DNA from: Chloroflexota bacterium
GTDB lineage: Bacteria; Chloroflexota; UBA6077; FW602-bin22; JBCLEL01
Length of the DNA stretch: 64,000 nucleotides
Direction of reading: 5' to 3'
Assembly (NCBI GenBank): GCA_963664835.2
Contig: CAXXUG010000010.1
Coordinates: 5,411-69,410 of the forward strand
Below, piece after piece: positions 9,407 to 18,241 of this stretch. Both the position numbers and the translations under genes were made by a program. Position 1 is the first letter of the stretch. The number at the start of each line of letters is the position of its first letter. Under the pieces are notes generated by a model. That model did not search any database. It saw only the letters and a program-made list of their open reading frames with translations, and was not told the DNA's origin.

Positions 9407-10150
9407 CTAGATTCCAAGGCCGCCATCAATGACGAATACCTGGCCGGTAATGTAATCTGCTCGATCGCTCGCCAGATAGGCGACCAGGCCGGCGACCTCT
9501 TCGGGTCTTCCCAACCTGCCCAGGGGTATCTGGGACAAAGCCATTTGCATCGCTCTATCGGTCATGTCGGTGATGATCTCGGTGTCGATCAACCCGGGTG
9601 CGACCGCGTTCACGGTGATTCCCCGGCTGGCGACTTCCCTTGCGACCGACTTGGTAAATGCTATCAGACCACCCTTGGAAGCAGAATAGTTGCTCTGGCC
9701 GGCATTGCCGCGGACCCCGGCTATTGAAGAGAGGTTCACGATGCGTCCGGACCTCTTTCGGATCATTGGTCGAAGGCAGGCTTTAGTAACCAGGAAAGCG
9801 CCCTTGAGGTTGGTGTCAACAACCGTGTCCCAATCAGAATCGTCCATGCGCATCAGGAGGCCGTCCCGCACCACTCCGGCGTTGTTGATCAACAGATCGA
9901 TCTGGCCCCATCGAGTCATCGCGGACTCAATGAGGCGGCCCGCTCCATCGCTGGTAGACACATCGGCCTGTAGAGATAATGCCTCGACACCCTGCTGTTC
10001 AACGAGCTCCCGCACCTCTGAGACCGCGGTTTCGTTCGACAGGTAGTTAAGCGCCAGGTTGTAGCCATCGCCGGCCAGCTCCAGGGCTATGCATCTTCCG
10101 ATTCCTCTCGATGCGCCGGTTATGACGGCAACTTTTGGTGTGCTAGTCAT
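9407..10150 (-). CDS. fabG: 3-oxoacyl-ACP reductase
   Basis: VITGASRGIGRCIA, NNAG, YSASKGG and C-terminal ITGQVFVIDGG. Confidence 0.9.
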   Translation of the reverse strand: MTSTPKVAVITGASRGIGRCIALELAGDGYNLALNYLSNETAVSEVRELVEQQGVEALSLQADVSTSDGAGRLIESAMTRWGQIDLLINNAGVVRDGLLMRMDDSDWDTVVDTNLKGAFLVTKACLRPMIRKRSGRIVNLSSIAGVRGNAGQSNYSASKGGLIAFTKSVAREVASRGITVNAVAPGLIDTEIITDMTDRAMQMALSQIPLGRLGRPEEVAGLVAYLASDRADYITGQVFVIDGGLGI

Positions 10151-10180
10151 CGGTTCTAGTGATCCACGTTACTTAAGGAA

Positions 10181-11245
10181 TCAGCTCAGAACCGACTCGG
10201 CGAGGAGCCGACCCTCTGACGTTGCGCTTACGACCGGCTCGGCAGTCCATCGAACCACCCCGGCAGCCCAGGTAAGGCCGGCGCCAAATCCCACGAGAGC
10301 AATATTGTGGCCCGGCTGGACCAGCCCAGATTCGATGGCCTCGCAAAGCGCGATAGGTATTGAGGCCGAGGAAGTGTTGCCGTAGCGATCTACGTTTGTA
10401 AACACTCTATCGGCCGGCAGGTTCAGCGTCCTAGCCGCCGACCGAATTATCCTCAAATTGGCCTGGTGAGGAATGAACAGGTCGATGTCCTCGCTGCCAA
10501 GGTTTGCCTGCCTGATGGCCTGGGCAGTCGATCGGGTCATCGCAGTTACGGCGAACCGATACACCTCGTTGCCGTTCATCTTCAGGTAGTGCTTGCGACC
10601 GTCCACCGTATCGCGGCTGGCCGGCTGGAGAGACCCGCCGGCAGGGACGATGAGATGGTCGAAGCCGGAGCCATCAGATCCCAACACGGAAGACTGAACC
10701 CCGGCCGGTTGATCGGTCGCCTGAATCACAACCGCGCCGGCACCATCGCCAAAGAGCACGCAAGTACTCCGGTCGGACCAATCAATAACTTGGCTGAGGG
10801 TATCGGAGCCAATTATCAACACATTCCGGTTGATTCCTGACGTAACAAGTTGAGTTCCGACAGAAAGGCCATAGACAAATCCTGCGCAGGCCGCATTCAG
10901 ATCGAATGCACCTGCGCGATTGGCTCCCAGACCATCCTGGACCATCGCGGCCACGGAGGGAAAGGGATAATCAGGGGTGATCGTGGCCACGATTATCACA
11001 TCGAGATCCTCGGCGGAAATGCCGGCGACTTCCAAGGCACGCTCGCCGGCCTCACGTGCGAGCGATGCGGTAGATTCGCCAGGGCCGATGACCCGCCGCT
11101 CCACAATGCCGGTACGCGAGCGGATCCATTCATCGGAAGTATCCACCATCTGGGCAAGTTCATGGTTGGTGAGTACCTTACTTGGAAGTGCGTATCCCCA
11201 ACCGACGATGCTCGCGTATCGATTCAACGTAAACTCCGATGTCAT
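10181..11245 (-). CDS. fabH: 3-oxoacyl-ACP synthase III
   Basis: SDEWIRSRTGIVERR, NAACAGFVY (active Cys), HQANLRI, GNTSSASIP. Confidence 0.95.
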   Translation of the reverse strand: MTSEFTLNRYASIVGWGYALPSKVLTNHELAQMVDTSDEWIRSRTGIVERRVIGPGESTASLAREAGERALEVAGISAEDLDVIIVATITPDYPFPSVAAMVQDGLGANRAGAFDLNAACAGFVYGLSVGTQLVTSGINRNVLIIGSDTLSQVIDWSDRSTCVLFGDGAGAVVIQATDQPAGVQSSVLGSDGSGFDHLIVPAGGSLQPASRDTVDGRKHYLKMNGNEVYRFAVTAMTRSTAQAIRQANLGSEDIDLFIPHQANLRIIRSAARTLNLPADRVFTNVDRYGNTSSASIPIALCEAIESGLVQPGHNIALVGFGAGLTWAAGVVRWTAEPVVSATSEGRLLAESVLS

Positions 11246-11255
11246 CTAGAGAAAC

Positions 11256-12497
11256 CTACTGTTCATACTTGCGGAAGATCAGTGTAGAGTTGTGTCCGCC
11301 CAGACCTATCGAGTTGGATAGCGCGGCCGGTACTTCGACATCACGGCTTGTGTTTGGGACATAGTCCAAATCACACTCGGGGTCTGGCGTTTGATAGTTA
11401 ATGGTAGGTGGCACTTTGTCGTGCTTAACCGCCAGCGCACACACCATAGCTTCGACCGCGCCCGCGGCGCCCATCATATGGCCCAACATCGACTTTGTCG
11501 AGCTTACCATCACTCCATCGGCGGCATCACCGAAGACCTGCCGGATGGCATAGGTTTCGTACTTATCGTTCAGCTGAGTTCCGGTACCGTGGGGGTTTAT
11601 GTAGTTGATATCTGAAGGCGAAAGGCCTGATTTCTTCACGGCCATAGCCATTGCCCGAATTGCGCCCTCCCCATTTTCAGCCGGCGCCGCGAGATCGTAG
11701 GCGTCATTCGTCGAGCCATAGCCGACGACTTGGGCGTAGATCTTGGCTCCTCGACGATGGGCATGCTCATCCGATTCGAGGACCACCATGCCGGAGCCTT
11801 CTGCCATAACGAATCCGTCTCGGTGCAGGTCAAATGGCTTGCATGCCTTGGTTGGATTGTCGTTGTCAGTCGCCAGCACTCGCATCACCGCGAACCCACC
11901 AAGCGAAACCTCAACAATTGCTGCGTCCGTACCGCCGGCCAGCACTACGTCGGCATCTCCACGACGGATCATCTCAGCTGCCTCACCGATCGCGTGTCCG
12001 CCTGAGGCGCAAGCCGAGACGATGGCCATATTGGGACCCCTGATGCCGCAAGAGATTGCTACCTGGCCACTGGCCGAGTCCGGAAGCATGTTTTGCAAGA
12101 AAAAAGGATTCAGACGGTTGGGACCCTTCTTTTCGTACTGCTTTTGATTGTCAAGTAGAGTCTTTATTCCACCAATCGCCGATCCGACTACGACACCTAC
12201 GTTGTCCCGGTTTCCGACATTGACGGTGAACTCCGCGTCGGAGAGTGCCTGGCGGGCCGCAGCGACGGCGAATTGAACATTACGGTCCATCCTCCGGGCC
12301 TGTTTCTTGTCGATGTAGTCCAATGGGTCGAAATTTCGAACTTCGCCGCTAATCCGTACGGCGAACCCTTCGGTGTCGAAGAGTGAAACCCGACCTATTC
12401 CTGATTTACCCTCGAGCAATCCATTCCAGGTACTGCAAATGTCATTTGCCAAAGGGGTCACCGCTCCCATGCCAGTAACAACCACTCTAGTGCTCAA
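11256..12497 (-). CDS. fabF: 3-oxoacyl-ACP synthase II
   Basis: VVVTGMGAVTPL, ACASGGHAIG, NPHGTGTQLND, GHMMGAAG, LGGHNSTLIF. TTG start. Confidence 0.95.
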   Translation of the reverse strand: MSTRVVVTGMGAVTPLANDICSTWNGLLEGKSGIGRVSLFDTEGFAVRISGEVRNFDPLDYIDKKQARRMDRNVQFAVAAARQALSDAEFTVNVGNRDNVGVVVGSAIGGIKTLLDNQKQYEKKGPNRLNPFFLQNMLPDSASGQVAISCGIRGPNMAIVSACASGGHAIGEAAEMIRRGDADVVLAGGTDAAIVEVSLGGFAVMRVLATDNDNPTKACKPFDLHRDGFVMAEGSGMVVLESDEHAHRRGAKIYAQVVGYGSTNDAYDLAAPAENGEGAIRAMAMAVKKSGLSPSDINYINPHGTGTQLNDKYETYAIRQVFGDAADGVMVSSTKSMLGHMMGAAGAVEAMVCALAVKHDKVPPTINYQTPDPECDLDYVPNTSRDVEVPAALSNSIGLGGHNSTLIFRKYEQ

Positions 12498-12755
12498 ACG
12501 TCATCCTCTTGGACTGGAGCCGGTTGGGAACGATCTTGTTTGCATGGTCTAGTAATGTGAAACACCATCGCTCCGACGAGGATACGGCGACAGGCAGCAA
12601 TCCCGAAGGGCTGATCAATGGTGATGCTCAAGGTCTCAACTCACGGGGCAAGGCGTCGAGGCAGCAAGCCACACTGATCTGGTGTGATGGATGCGGGTCC
12701 AATCGTGTACGTTGGACCACAATCAGAGCCTATCCCAGTGCTGGCGCGTACGCTT

Positions 12756-13151
12756 CTAGCGCTTGGTGTACTGGGGCGCCTTGCGGGCCCGTTTCAAACC
12801 GTACTTTTTTCGCTCCTTGACCCTGGGATCGCGGGAAAGGAGGCCGGCGCGCTTTAGCACGGGACGCAAGGTAGGATCGGCCTTGGTCAGCGCCCTAGCA
12901 ATTCCGAGTGAGATAGCCCCCGACCAGCCGGTTACTCCACCGCCACTTAGCTTGCACATCGCCGAGTATTTGCCGGCAGCATTAGCGGTGCGAAGGGGCT
13001 CGCTCGCGAACTGCTGAAGGTCCGCGCGCGGCAGCGCTTCGTGCAGCGGCTTGCCGTTTACAATGATCTGGCCATTGCCTGGGACTATCTTGACTCTCGC
13101 AATCGCCGACTTGCGCCGGCCGACTGCGAAGTGATCTGATCTTTCGCTCAA
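12756..13151 (-). CDS. rpsI: 30S ribosomal protein S9
   Basis: GRRKSAIARV...GGGVTGWSGAISLGIARAL...RDPRVKERKKYGL..ARKAPQYTKR. Confidence 0.97.
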   Translation of the reverse strand: MSERSDHFAVGRRKSAIARVKIVPGNGQIIVNGKPLHEALPRADLQQFASEPLRTANAAGKYSAMCKLSGGGVTGWSGAISLGIARALTKADPTLRPVLKRAGLLSRDPRVKERKKYGLKRARKAPQYTKR

Positions 13152-13612
13152 CTGCCTCTCCGTGCTCGCTTGGTTTTCAAATCTTCCACTGGAAGAGGGC
13201 TGGGTTTCTGTGCCTGATGAGGATGTTCGTCGTCGGCATATACCTTGAGCCGGCGCAGCATTGCCTTGCCAAGCGCATTTCGCGGCAACATGCCACGGAC
13301 CGCGCCCTCAATCAATCTATCTGGACGGCTTGCCAAAATCTCACCGGCAGTACGTTGACGCAGTCCGCCGGGATAGCCCGAGTGTCTATAGTAGATCTTG
13401 TCGGTGAGCTTGGCGCCGGTCAATCGGACTTTCGCGGCGTTGGTGACTATCACGAAGTCGCCATTGTTCATCCAGGGCGCGAACACCGACTTGTGTTTGC
13501 CTCTTAGGATTGTGGCAACCTTCGAGGCCAATCGTCCTAGAGAAATACCCCGTGCGTCGATCAAAAACCAGGTTGGCGAAACATCGCTCGCCTTGGGAGC
13601 GTAGGTCTTCAA
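13148..13612 (-). CDS. rplM: 50S ribosomal protein L13
   Basis: (M)KTYAPKASDVSPTWFLIDARGISLGRLASKVATILRGKHK. I placed the start at TTG 13612, which forms a TTGA overlap with the truA stop. The ORF track's ATG at 13687 would add 25 atypical residues. Confidence 0.9.
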   Translation of the reverse strand: MKTYAPKASDVSPTWFLIDARGISLGRLASKVATILRGKHKSVFAPWMNNGDFVIVTNAAKVRLTGAKLTDKIYYRHSGYPGGLRQRTAGEILASRPDRLIEGAVRGMLPRNALGKAMLRRLKVYADDEHPHQAQKPSPLPVEDLKTKRARRGS

Positions 13613-14400
13613 TGAGATTCTCTCCTGCCGCAAATTCCAGGCGTAGTGACGCCATAGAACATCAGGCCCCGAGCCGGCGCGGGCCACCTATTCGTTGTCC
13701 CACCAACCCAGGCGTCTTTCGACGGGGACTCGCTCTCACCCTTGTCTTCGGTAAACCTAATGAGTCCGCCGACGATCAACCTGACCATACGGGTCAAGAA
13801 GGCGTTGGCCTCGATTTCAACCACCACCTCACGCCCTTGGCGCCAACATGTTGCGGCAATTATGTGTCTAATGGTGGATTTTCTTAGCCTGGTCACTTTG
13901 ACCGCCAAGTCCGAGAAGTCGCGGATACCGATCAGAGAGTGCAACTGGCTCCGCCAACTGGACGTGTCAACCTTGTGTGCGGTCCGCGTCGGAAGGGCGT
14001 ATCCCGGATGTGGCGCCTCAGAACCGGTGATCGTGTATCGATAGACTCGGCTCGCGACGCTGCGCCTCGCATCGAACCAATCAGGCGCCCGTCGGACCCA
14101 AAGCACCTTTATGTCATTGGGTAAGACCGCGTTCATCGCTCTGCGAAGCTCATCCGGCGATAGTGAGGTCGACCCTACGACCGTCACGACTTGACGCTCG
14201 GCGCTGACACCGGAATCGGTGCGACCCGCACCGACTACGCGTACCTCTGCGAAGTTCACTCGTTTCAAAGCTGCGGACAACTCACCCTGGACGGTCCGAG
14301 CGCGCAACTGAGATTGGAATCCGTGGAAGTCGGAGCCGTCGTAACTTACGACCAAAGCCCAGTTCGTTGCTTGAACGCCGATTTGTGGCCGCCTTTCCAC
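13609..14400 (-). CDS. truA: tRNA pseudouridine(38-40) synthase
   Basis: WALVVSYDGSDFHGFQSQ...GAGRTDSGVSA...RMVRLIVG. Confidence 0.9.
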   Translation of the reverse strand: MERRPQIGVQATNWALVVSYDGSDFHGFQSQLRARTVQGELSAALKRVNFAEVRVVGAGRTDSGVSAERQVVTVVGSTSLSPDELRRAMNAVLPNDIKVLWVRRAPDWFDARRSVASRVYRYTITGSEAPHPGYALPTRTAHKVDTSSWRSQLHSLIGIRDFSDLAVKVTRLRKSTIRHIIAATCWRQGREVVVEIEANAFLTRMVRLIVGGLIRFTEDKGESESPSKDAWVGGTTNRWPAPARGLMFYGVTTPGICGRRESH

Positions 14401-14404
14401 CGGT

Positions 14405-14758
14405 TTACTCTACTAACTCAATCAGGGCCATCTTGGATGCATCACCGAGTCTGGGCCCAAGCTTCATTATGCGCACGTAGCCGCCGTCTCGATCCTGGTA
14501 TCGTTCGGCCAATTCCGTAAACAGGGTGCTCACAACCTGTTTATCACGGACTGTCCTGAGGGCAAGCCGACGCGAGTGCAAGTCGCCGCGTTTGGCGAGT
14601 GTAACCATCTTCTCCGCCAATGGACGAACCGCCTTGGCCTTTGCTTCGGTGGTCCTCAGTTTGCCGATGCGCAACAGATCGGTGACGAGATTCCTCAGAA
14701 GCGCCGAGCGCTGCGAGGAAGTTCGGCTTAGCTTGTGTCCACCTTTACGATGTCTCAC
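14405..14758 (-). CDS. rplQ: 50S ribosomal protein L17
   Basis: [24 protein letters not shown]...GGYVRI. Confidence 0.97.
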   Translation of the reverse strand: MRHRKGGHKLSRTSSQRSALLRNLVTDLLRIGKLRTTEAKAKAVRPLAEKMVTLAKRGDLHSRRLALRTVRDKQVVSTLFTELAERYQDRDGGYVRIMKLGPRLGDASKMALIELVE

Positions 14759-14767
14759 GAATACGTC

Positions 14768-15811
14768 CTACAAGTCATCTTCGTCGGCATAATCGCCGAA
14801 GGAGCCGGTGATTGTCAAACCCTCCTCCAAGCTGGGCACTAGATTACTTGTCTCCTCTGCGGCAAAGCTATCGCCCAGCCGAGTGCCTTCCAACATGCTG
14901 TGATTGGACAACTTTTCTTGCAACTCATACAGCGATTTCCGGCCGAAATTACGGACCGCGAGTAGATCGTCCACCGTCATTTCAAGGACCTGCCCAGCCT
15001 TGGTAATGCCTGCACGTTTCAGGCAATTGTATGCCCTTACGGACAGGTTGAAGTCCTCTATTGGCGTCTCGTAGACGGTCGAGGGAATGGCAATTCCCGA
15101 AGGTGCCTGCAACTCGCTGGCCTCGTCAATATTCAACGCAAAGTCGGCAACGAGCTGGAGATGTTTCACCAGAATTTGTGCTGACTGCGAGACAGCCTCG
15201 TCAGGGGTGATGGTACCATCGGTCCACAGTTCGAGAACCAGCCGATCGAAGTCGGTAGTCTGGCCCACTCGCACGTTTTCTACGGTGTAGTTGACCTTGT
15301 GGACTGGGGTGTATATAGCGTCTACAGGTATCACGCCGATCGGCGCATCTTCCCGCTCTTCCGCCGAAACGTAACCTCGTCCCTTCTCGACCGTCAACTC
15401 CATTCCCAGCACGGCTTCCTTCGAGTCAAGCGTCGCAATCGGCTGGTCGACATTTACGATTTCGACATCGGGCGGGCAGATCATATCCGCCGCGGTGACG
15501 ACTCCAGGGCCGTTAGCCTCGAGCATTATCGTCACGGGCCGATCGGTGAACAATCTCAAGCGGATTTTCTTCACACCCATCACGATCTGCGTGACATCTT
15601 CGCGAACGTTATCGATGGTGGTGAACTCGTGATAGACGTTATCTATCCTGATAGATGTAATGGCCGCCCCGGGCAACGAGGAGAGTAATACACGTCGCAA
15701 GGCGTTGCCGAGAGTAACGCCAAATCCCGGTTCCAAAGGCTCTACCTGATAACGACCATAGTCTTCAGTCTGAGCCACCGATTCGATTTTTGGCAACATC
15801 ATGTCAATCAA
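14768..15811 (-). CDS. rpoA: DNA-directed RNA polymerase subunit alpha
   Basis: GRYQVEPLEPGFGVTLGNALRRVLLSSLPGAAITSI...LSVRAYNCLKRAGI. Confidence 0.97.
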   Translation of the reverse strand: MIDMMLPKIESVAQTEDYGRYQVEPLEPGFGVTLGNALRRVLLSSLPGAAITSIRIDNVYHEFTTIDNVREDVTQIVMGVKKIRLRLFTDRPVTIMLEANGPGVVTAADMICPPDVEIVNVDQPIATLDSKEAVLGMELTVEKGRGYVSAEEREDAPIGVIPVDAIYTPVHKVNYTVENVRVGQTTDFDRLVLELWTDGTITPDEAVSQSAQILVKHLQLVADFALNIDEASELQAPSGIAIPSTVYETPIEDFNLSVRAYNCLKRAGITKAGQVLEMTVDDLLAVRNFGRKSLYELQEKLSNHSMLEGTRLGDSFAAEETSNLVPSLEEGLTITGSFGDYADEDDL

Positions 15812-15930
15812 TTGGGCTAGACACTCCCATTGCGCCGGCCTAAGGGATCAGGCGGGCGAGTTTCGATCTTCAAAAAAGCAGTTACTTGTGACTATTCCTG
15901 AATTCAAGACGGGTAGCGACAGTTTCACAA

Positions 15931-16566
15931 CTAGCGTGAGTAGTACTCGACGATTAGTTGTTCCTCTATTGTGGCATCGATATCCGAACGGAGAGGCATT
16001 GAAACTATGCGGCCGGAAAGGGTGGCGACATCGCGGCTGAGCCAGCCAGTGAGATCACGGCTATCCAGGTCCTCCGCCATCTGTTTGAAGTACTCAAGCT
16101 GCCGACTGCGCGAGCGCACCGAAATCGCGGTACCCACATCACAGACGTACGACGGAATATCGGTCTTGCGACCATCTACGTCGAAATGGCCGTGCTGCAC
16201 GAGTTGACGCGCCTGCGCTCTCGACTCGGCGAAGCCGAGGCGGTAGACCGAATTATCCAAACGCATTTCTAGGATGCGCAGGAGGTTTTCCCCAGTCGCA
16301 CCCGGCCGGCGACTCGCTTCACGGAAGTGCCGACGGAACTGCCGTTCCAGCAGACCGTACATCCTCTTTACCTTCTGCTTACCACGCAATTGGACGGCAT
16401 AATCAGACGGTCTCCGCCGTCGTCCGAGCCGATTTCCACCGGGAGGATATGGTTTGCGGTTGGGATCTACGGCACATTTAGGGGTAAAACAGCGCTCTCC
16501 TTTGAGAAAGAGCTTTACACCTTCGCGCCGACAAAGCTTGCAAACTGGGTTCCTCTGGCGTGCCAT
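15931..16566 (-). CDS. rpsD: 30S ribosomal protein S4
   Basis: [26 protein letters not shown]...[14 protein letters not shown]. Confidence 0.97.
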   Translation of the reverse strand: MARQRNPVCKLCRREGVKLFLKGERCFTPKCAVDPNRKPYPPGGNRLGRRRRPSDYAVQLRGKQKVKRMYGLLERQFRRHFREASRRPGATGENLLRILEMRLDNSVYRLGFAESRAQARQLVQHGHFDVDGRKTDIPSYVCDVGTAISVRSRSRQLEYFKQMAEDLDSRDLTGWLSRDVATLSGRIVSMPLRSDIDATIEEQLIVEYYSR

Positions 16567-16578
16567 GAATTAGTCCTC

Positions 16579-16974
16579 CTATACCCGTCGACGCTTAGGA
16601 GGTCTGCATCCATTGTGGGGAATAGGAGTCCTGTCAGAGATTGCGCTAATCAATAGCCCAGCCGCTTGAAGTGAACGGATCGCAGTTTCGCGACCCGAGC
16701 CGGGACCCTTGACGAACACCTCGACCTGGCGCATTCCGTGTTCCATAGCCTTTCGCGCGGCAGCTTCGGCCGCAAGGCCGGCGGCGAAAGGCGTGCTCTT
16801 GCGAGAGCCGGTAAACCCGGAAGCGCCCGCGCTGCTCCAACAGACCACGTCGCCTTTCAAGTCCGTAACTGTGAGGACCGTGTTGTTGAAGGTAGACTGT
16901 ATATACACCCGGCCACGCGGTACGTGCTTGCGTTCCCGCCGTCTTCCCCTGGTCCCCTTTCGCGAAACTGACAT
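16579..16974 (-). CDS. rpsK: 30S ribosomal protein S11
   Basis: [39 protein letters not shown]...[16 protein letters not shown]. Confidence 0.97.
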   Translation of the reverse strand: MSVSRKGTRGRRRERKHVPRGRVYIQSTFNNTVLTVTDLKGDVVCWSSAGASGFTGSRKSTPFAAGLAAEAAARKAMEHGMRQVEVFVKGPGSGRETAIRSLQAAGLLISAISDRTPIPHNGCRPPKRRRV

Positions 16975-17088
16975 TCGACCTCCTTGCTACCAACACACTG
17001 TCGATAGCACTAAACAAAGAACCACACAACGAAACAGGCGAACCCGCTCGCGATCCGCCTGCTTTCAAGTCATCTCGTGCTTGTAAGA

Positions 17089-17472
17089 CTATTTCTTGGT
17101 GACAGCTCTACGCCTACCTGCCACCGTCTTCTTTCGTCCTTTCCGTTGACGGGCATTCGTGCGCGTACGCTGTCCGTGGACAGGCATTCCCCGTCGATGG
17201 CGCAGGCCCCGATAACAGCCGATCTCGATCAGACGCTTGATATTCAGCGTCTGTTCCCGACGCAGGTCTCCCTCGACCCGATACTCCCGCTCGATCACCT
17301 CACGAAGTCTCGATACTTCGTCGTCCGTCAGATCCTTAACGCGAGTATCCGGACTTATCCTGGTCAATGCAAGGGCCTTGCGAGCGAACGTCGGACCTAC
17401 CCCAAATATGTAGCGCAGTGATATCTCTACGCGCTTGTCTCGCGGTATGTCCACGCCTGCGATTCTTGCCAA
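17089..17472 (-). CDS. rpsM: 30S ribosomal protein S13
   Basis: [26 protein letters not shown]...[24 protein letters not shown]. Confidence 0.97.
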   Translation of the reverse strand: MARIAGVDIPRDKRVEISLRYIFGVGPTFARKALALTRISPDTRVKDLTDDEVSRLREVIEREYRVEGDLRREQTLNIKRLIEIGCYRGLRHRRGMPVHGQRTRTNARQRKGRKKTVAGRRRAVTKK

Positions 17473-17501
17473 GTCGACCTCCTAGTTGGTAGTGATGGTG
17501 G

Positions 17502-17615
17502 TCAGCCCTGTCGCTGTCGGTGCTTGGGGTTGTCACAAGTGACAATGACGACCCTATGCCGTCGGAGAATCTTGCATTTGTCACACATTCGTTTGACTGA
17601 CGCTCTGACTTTCAT
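17502..17615 (-). CDS. rpmJ: 50S ribosomal protein L36
   Basis: My own translation gives [37 protein letters not shown] (37 aa). It is below the ORF-track size cutoff. Confidence 0.93.
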   Translation of the reverse strand: MKVRASVKRMCDKCKILRRHRVVIVTCDNPKHRQRQG

Positions 17616-18241
17616 GTCCGACCTACAACGCTCGCTTTTCTCGAACGACCACAGAACGCTCCACCTTGCCGGCAACAACAGGTCGGAGTTGCAATGGCCA
17701 CTGTCTCTAATCTAAAATCAATCGCACCGATCCGGGCACCAGCCGCGTGCTTTCGGCCAACACCCAGCGGTCCCTTCGCGCCAAATTTCACAGGCGCGAA
17801 GATTAATGGTACTATCTGGCGTCAGTCTGGTCAATGAATTGGACAGTCTTCCGATTCAGGCTTTACCCACTCCCCTTCGCTAGTAATCCCACAGCCCCAA
17901 ACCTGGAACCACGCGTCCAGATCCACTGGTGTGCAGCTCAGGTTCGTTCGAAGTACTATCCAATGTCTGTTCACGCACCGATTCACCAGATCGGCGTCAG
18001 CCAGAGTACGGCCGTGACCTCCCTAGGTTAGGAGTCTGCGCCAGCAGAAGCCAAGCGATTTCGGAAGATCGCTGGAGCGATTCGGCCGCGTCGACATTCT
18101 AGTCACAGATTGAGCCGAACGCGGCGAGGGCACGGTAACCAACTGGGTTTTGGGCGATTGCGGCCGTGCTCCGTGATTTTGTGGACACTAACCATCTATG
18201 ACATACTGCGAAGGAATGACTTGGAGCCCGGAAAGGGGTAT

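Noticed and set aside
13613-13687. Longer L13 ORF starting at ATG 13687
   Set aside because: The extra 25 residues (MARAGSGPDVLWRHYAWNLRQERIS) overlap the truA 3' end and are not L13-like. TTG 13612 gives the canonical MKTY... start and a TTGA overlap.
16646-17068. 140-aa minus-strand ORF
   Set aside because: It is an alternative frame overlapping rpsK, and the S11 frame is unambiguous.
17616-17800. Expected infA upstream of rpmJ
   Set aside because: I translated both strands in all frames and found no IF-1-like sequence (no ...GKMRK..IRI..GD.V...), so no gene is called.
18110-18241. TTG-initiated N-terminal extension of the beta-helix ORF
   Set aside because: The Arg-rich extension (MSRTRRGHGNQLGFGRLRP...) has no RBS. 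GTG 18242 follows GGAAAGGGG and gives the FYVATDGDD start typical of this family.
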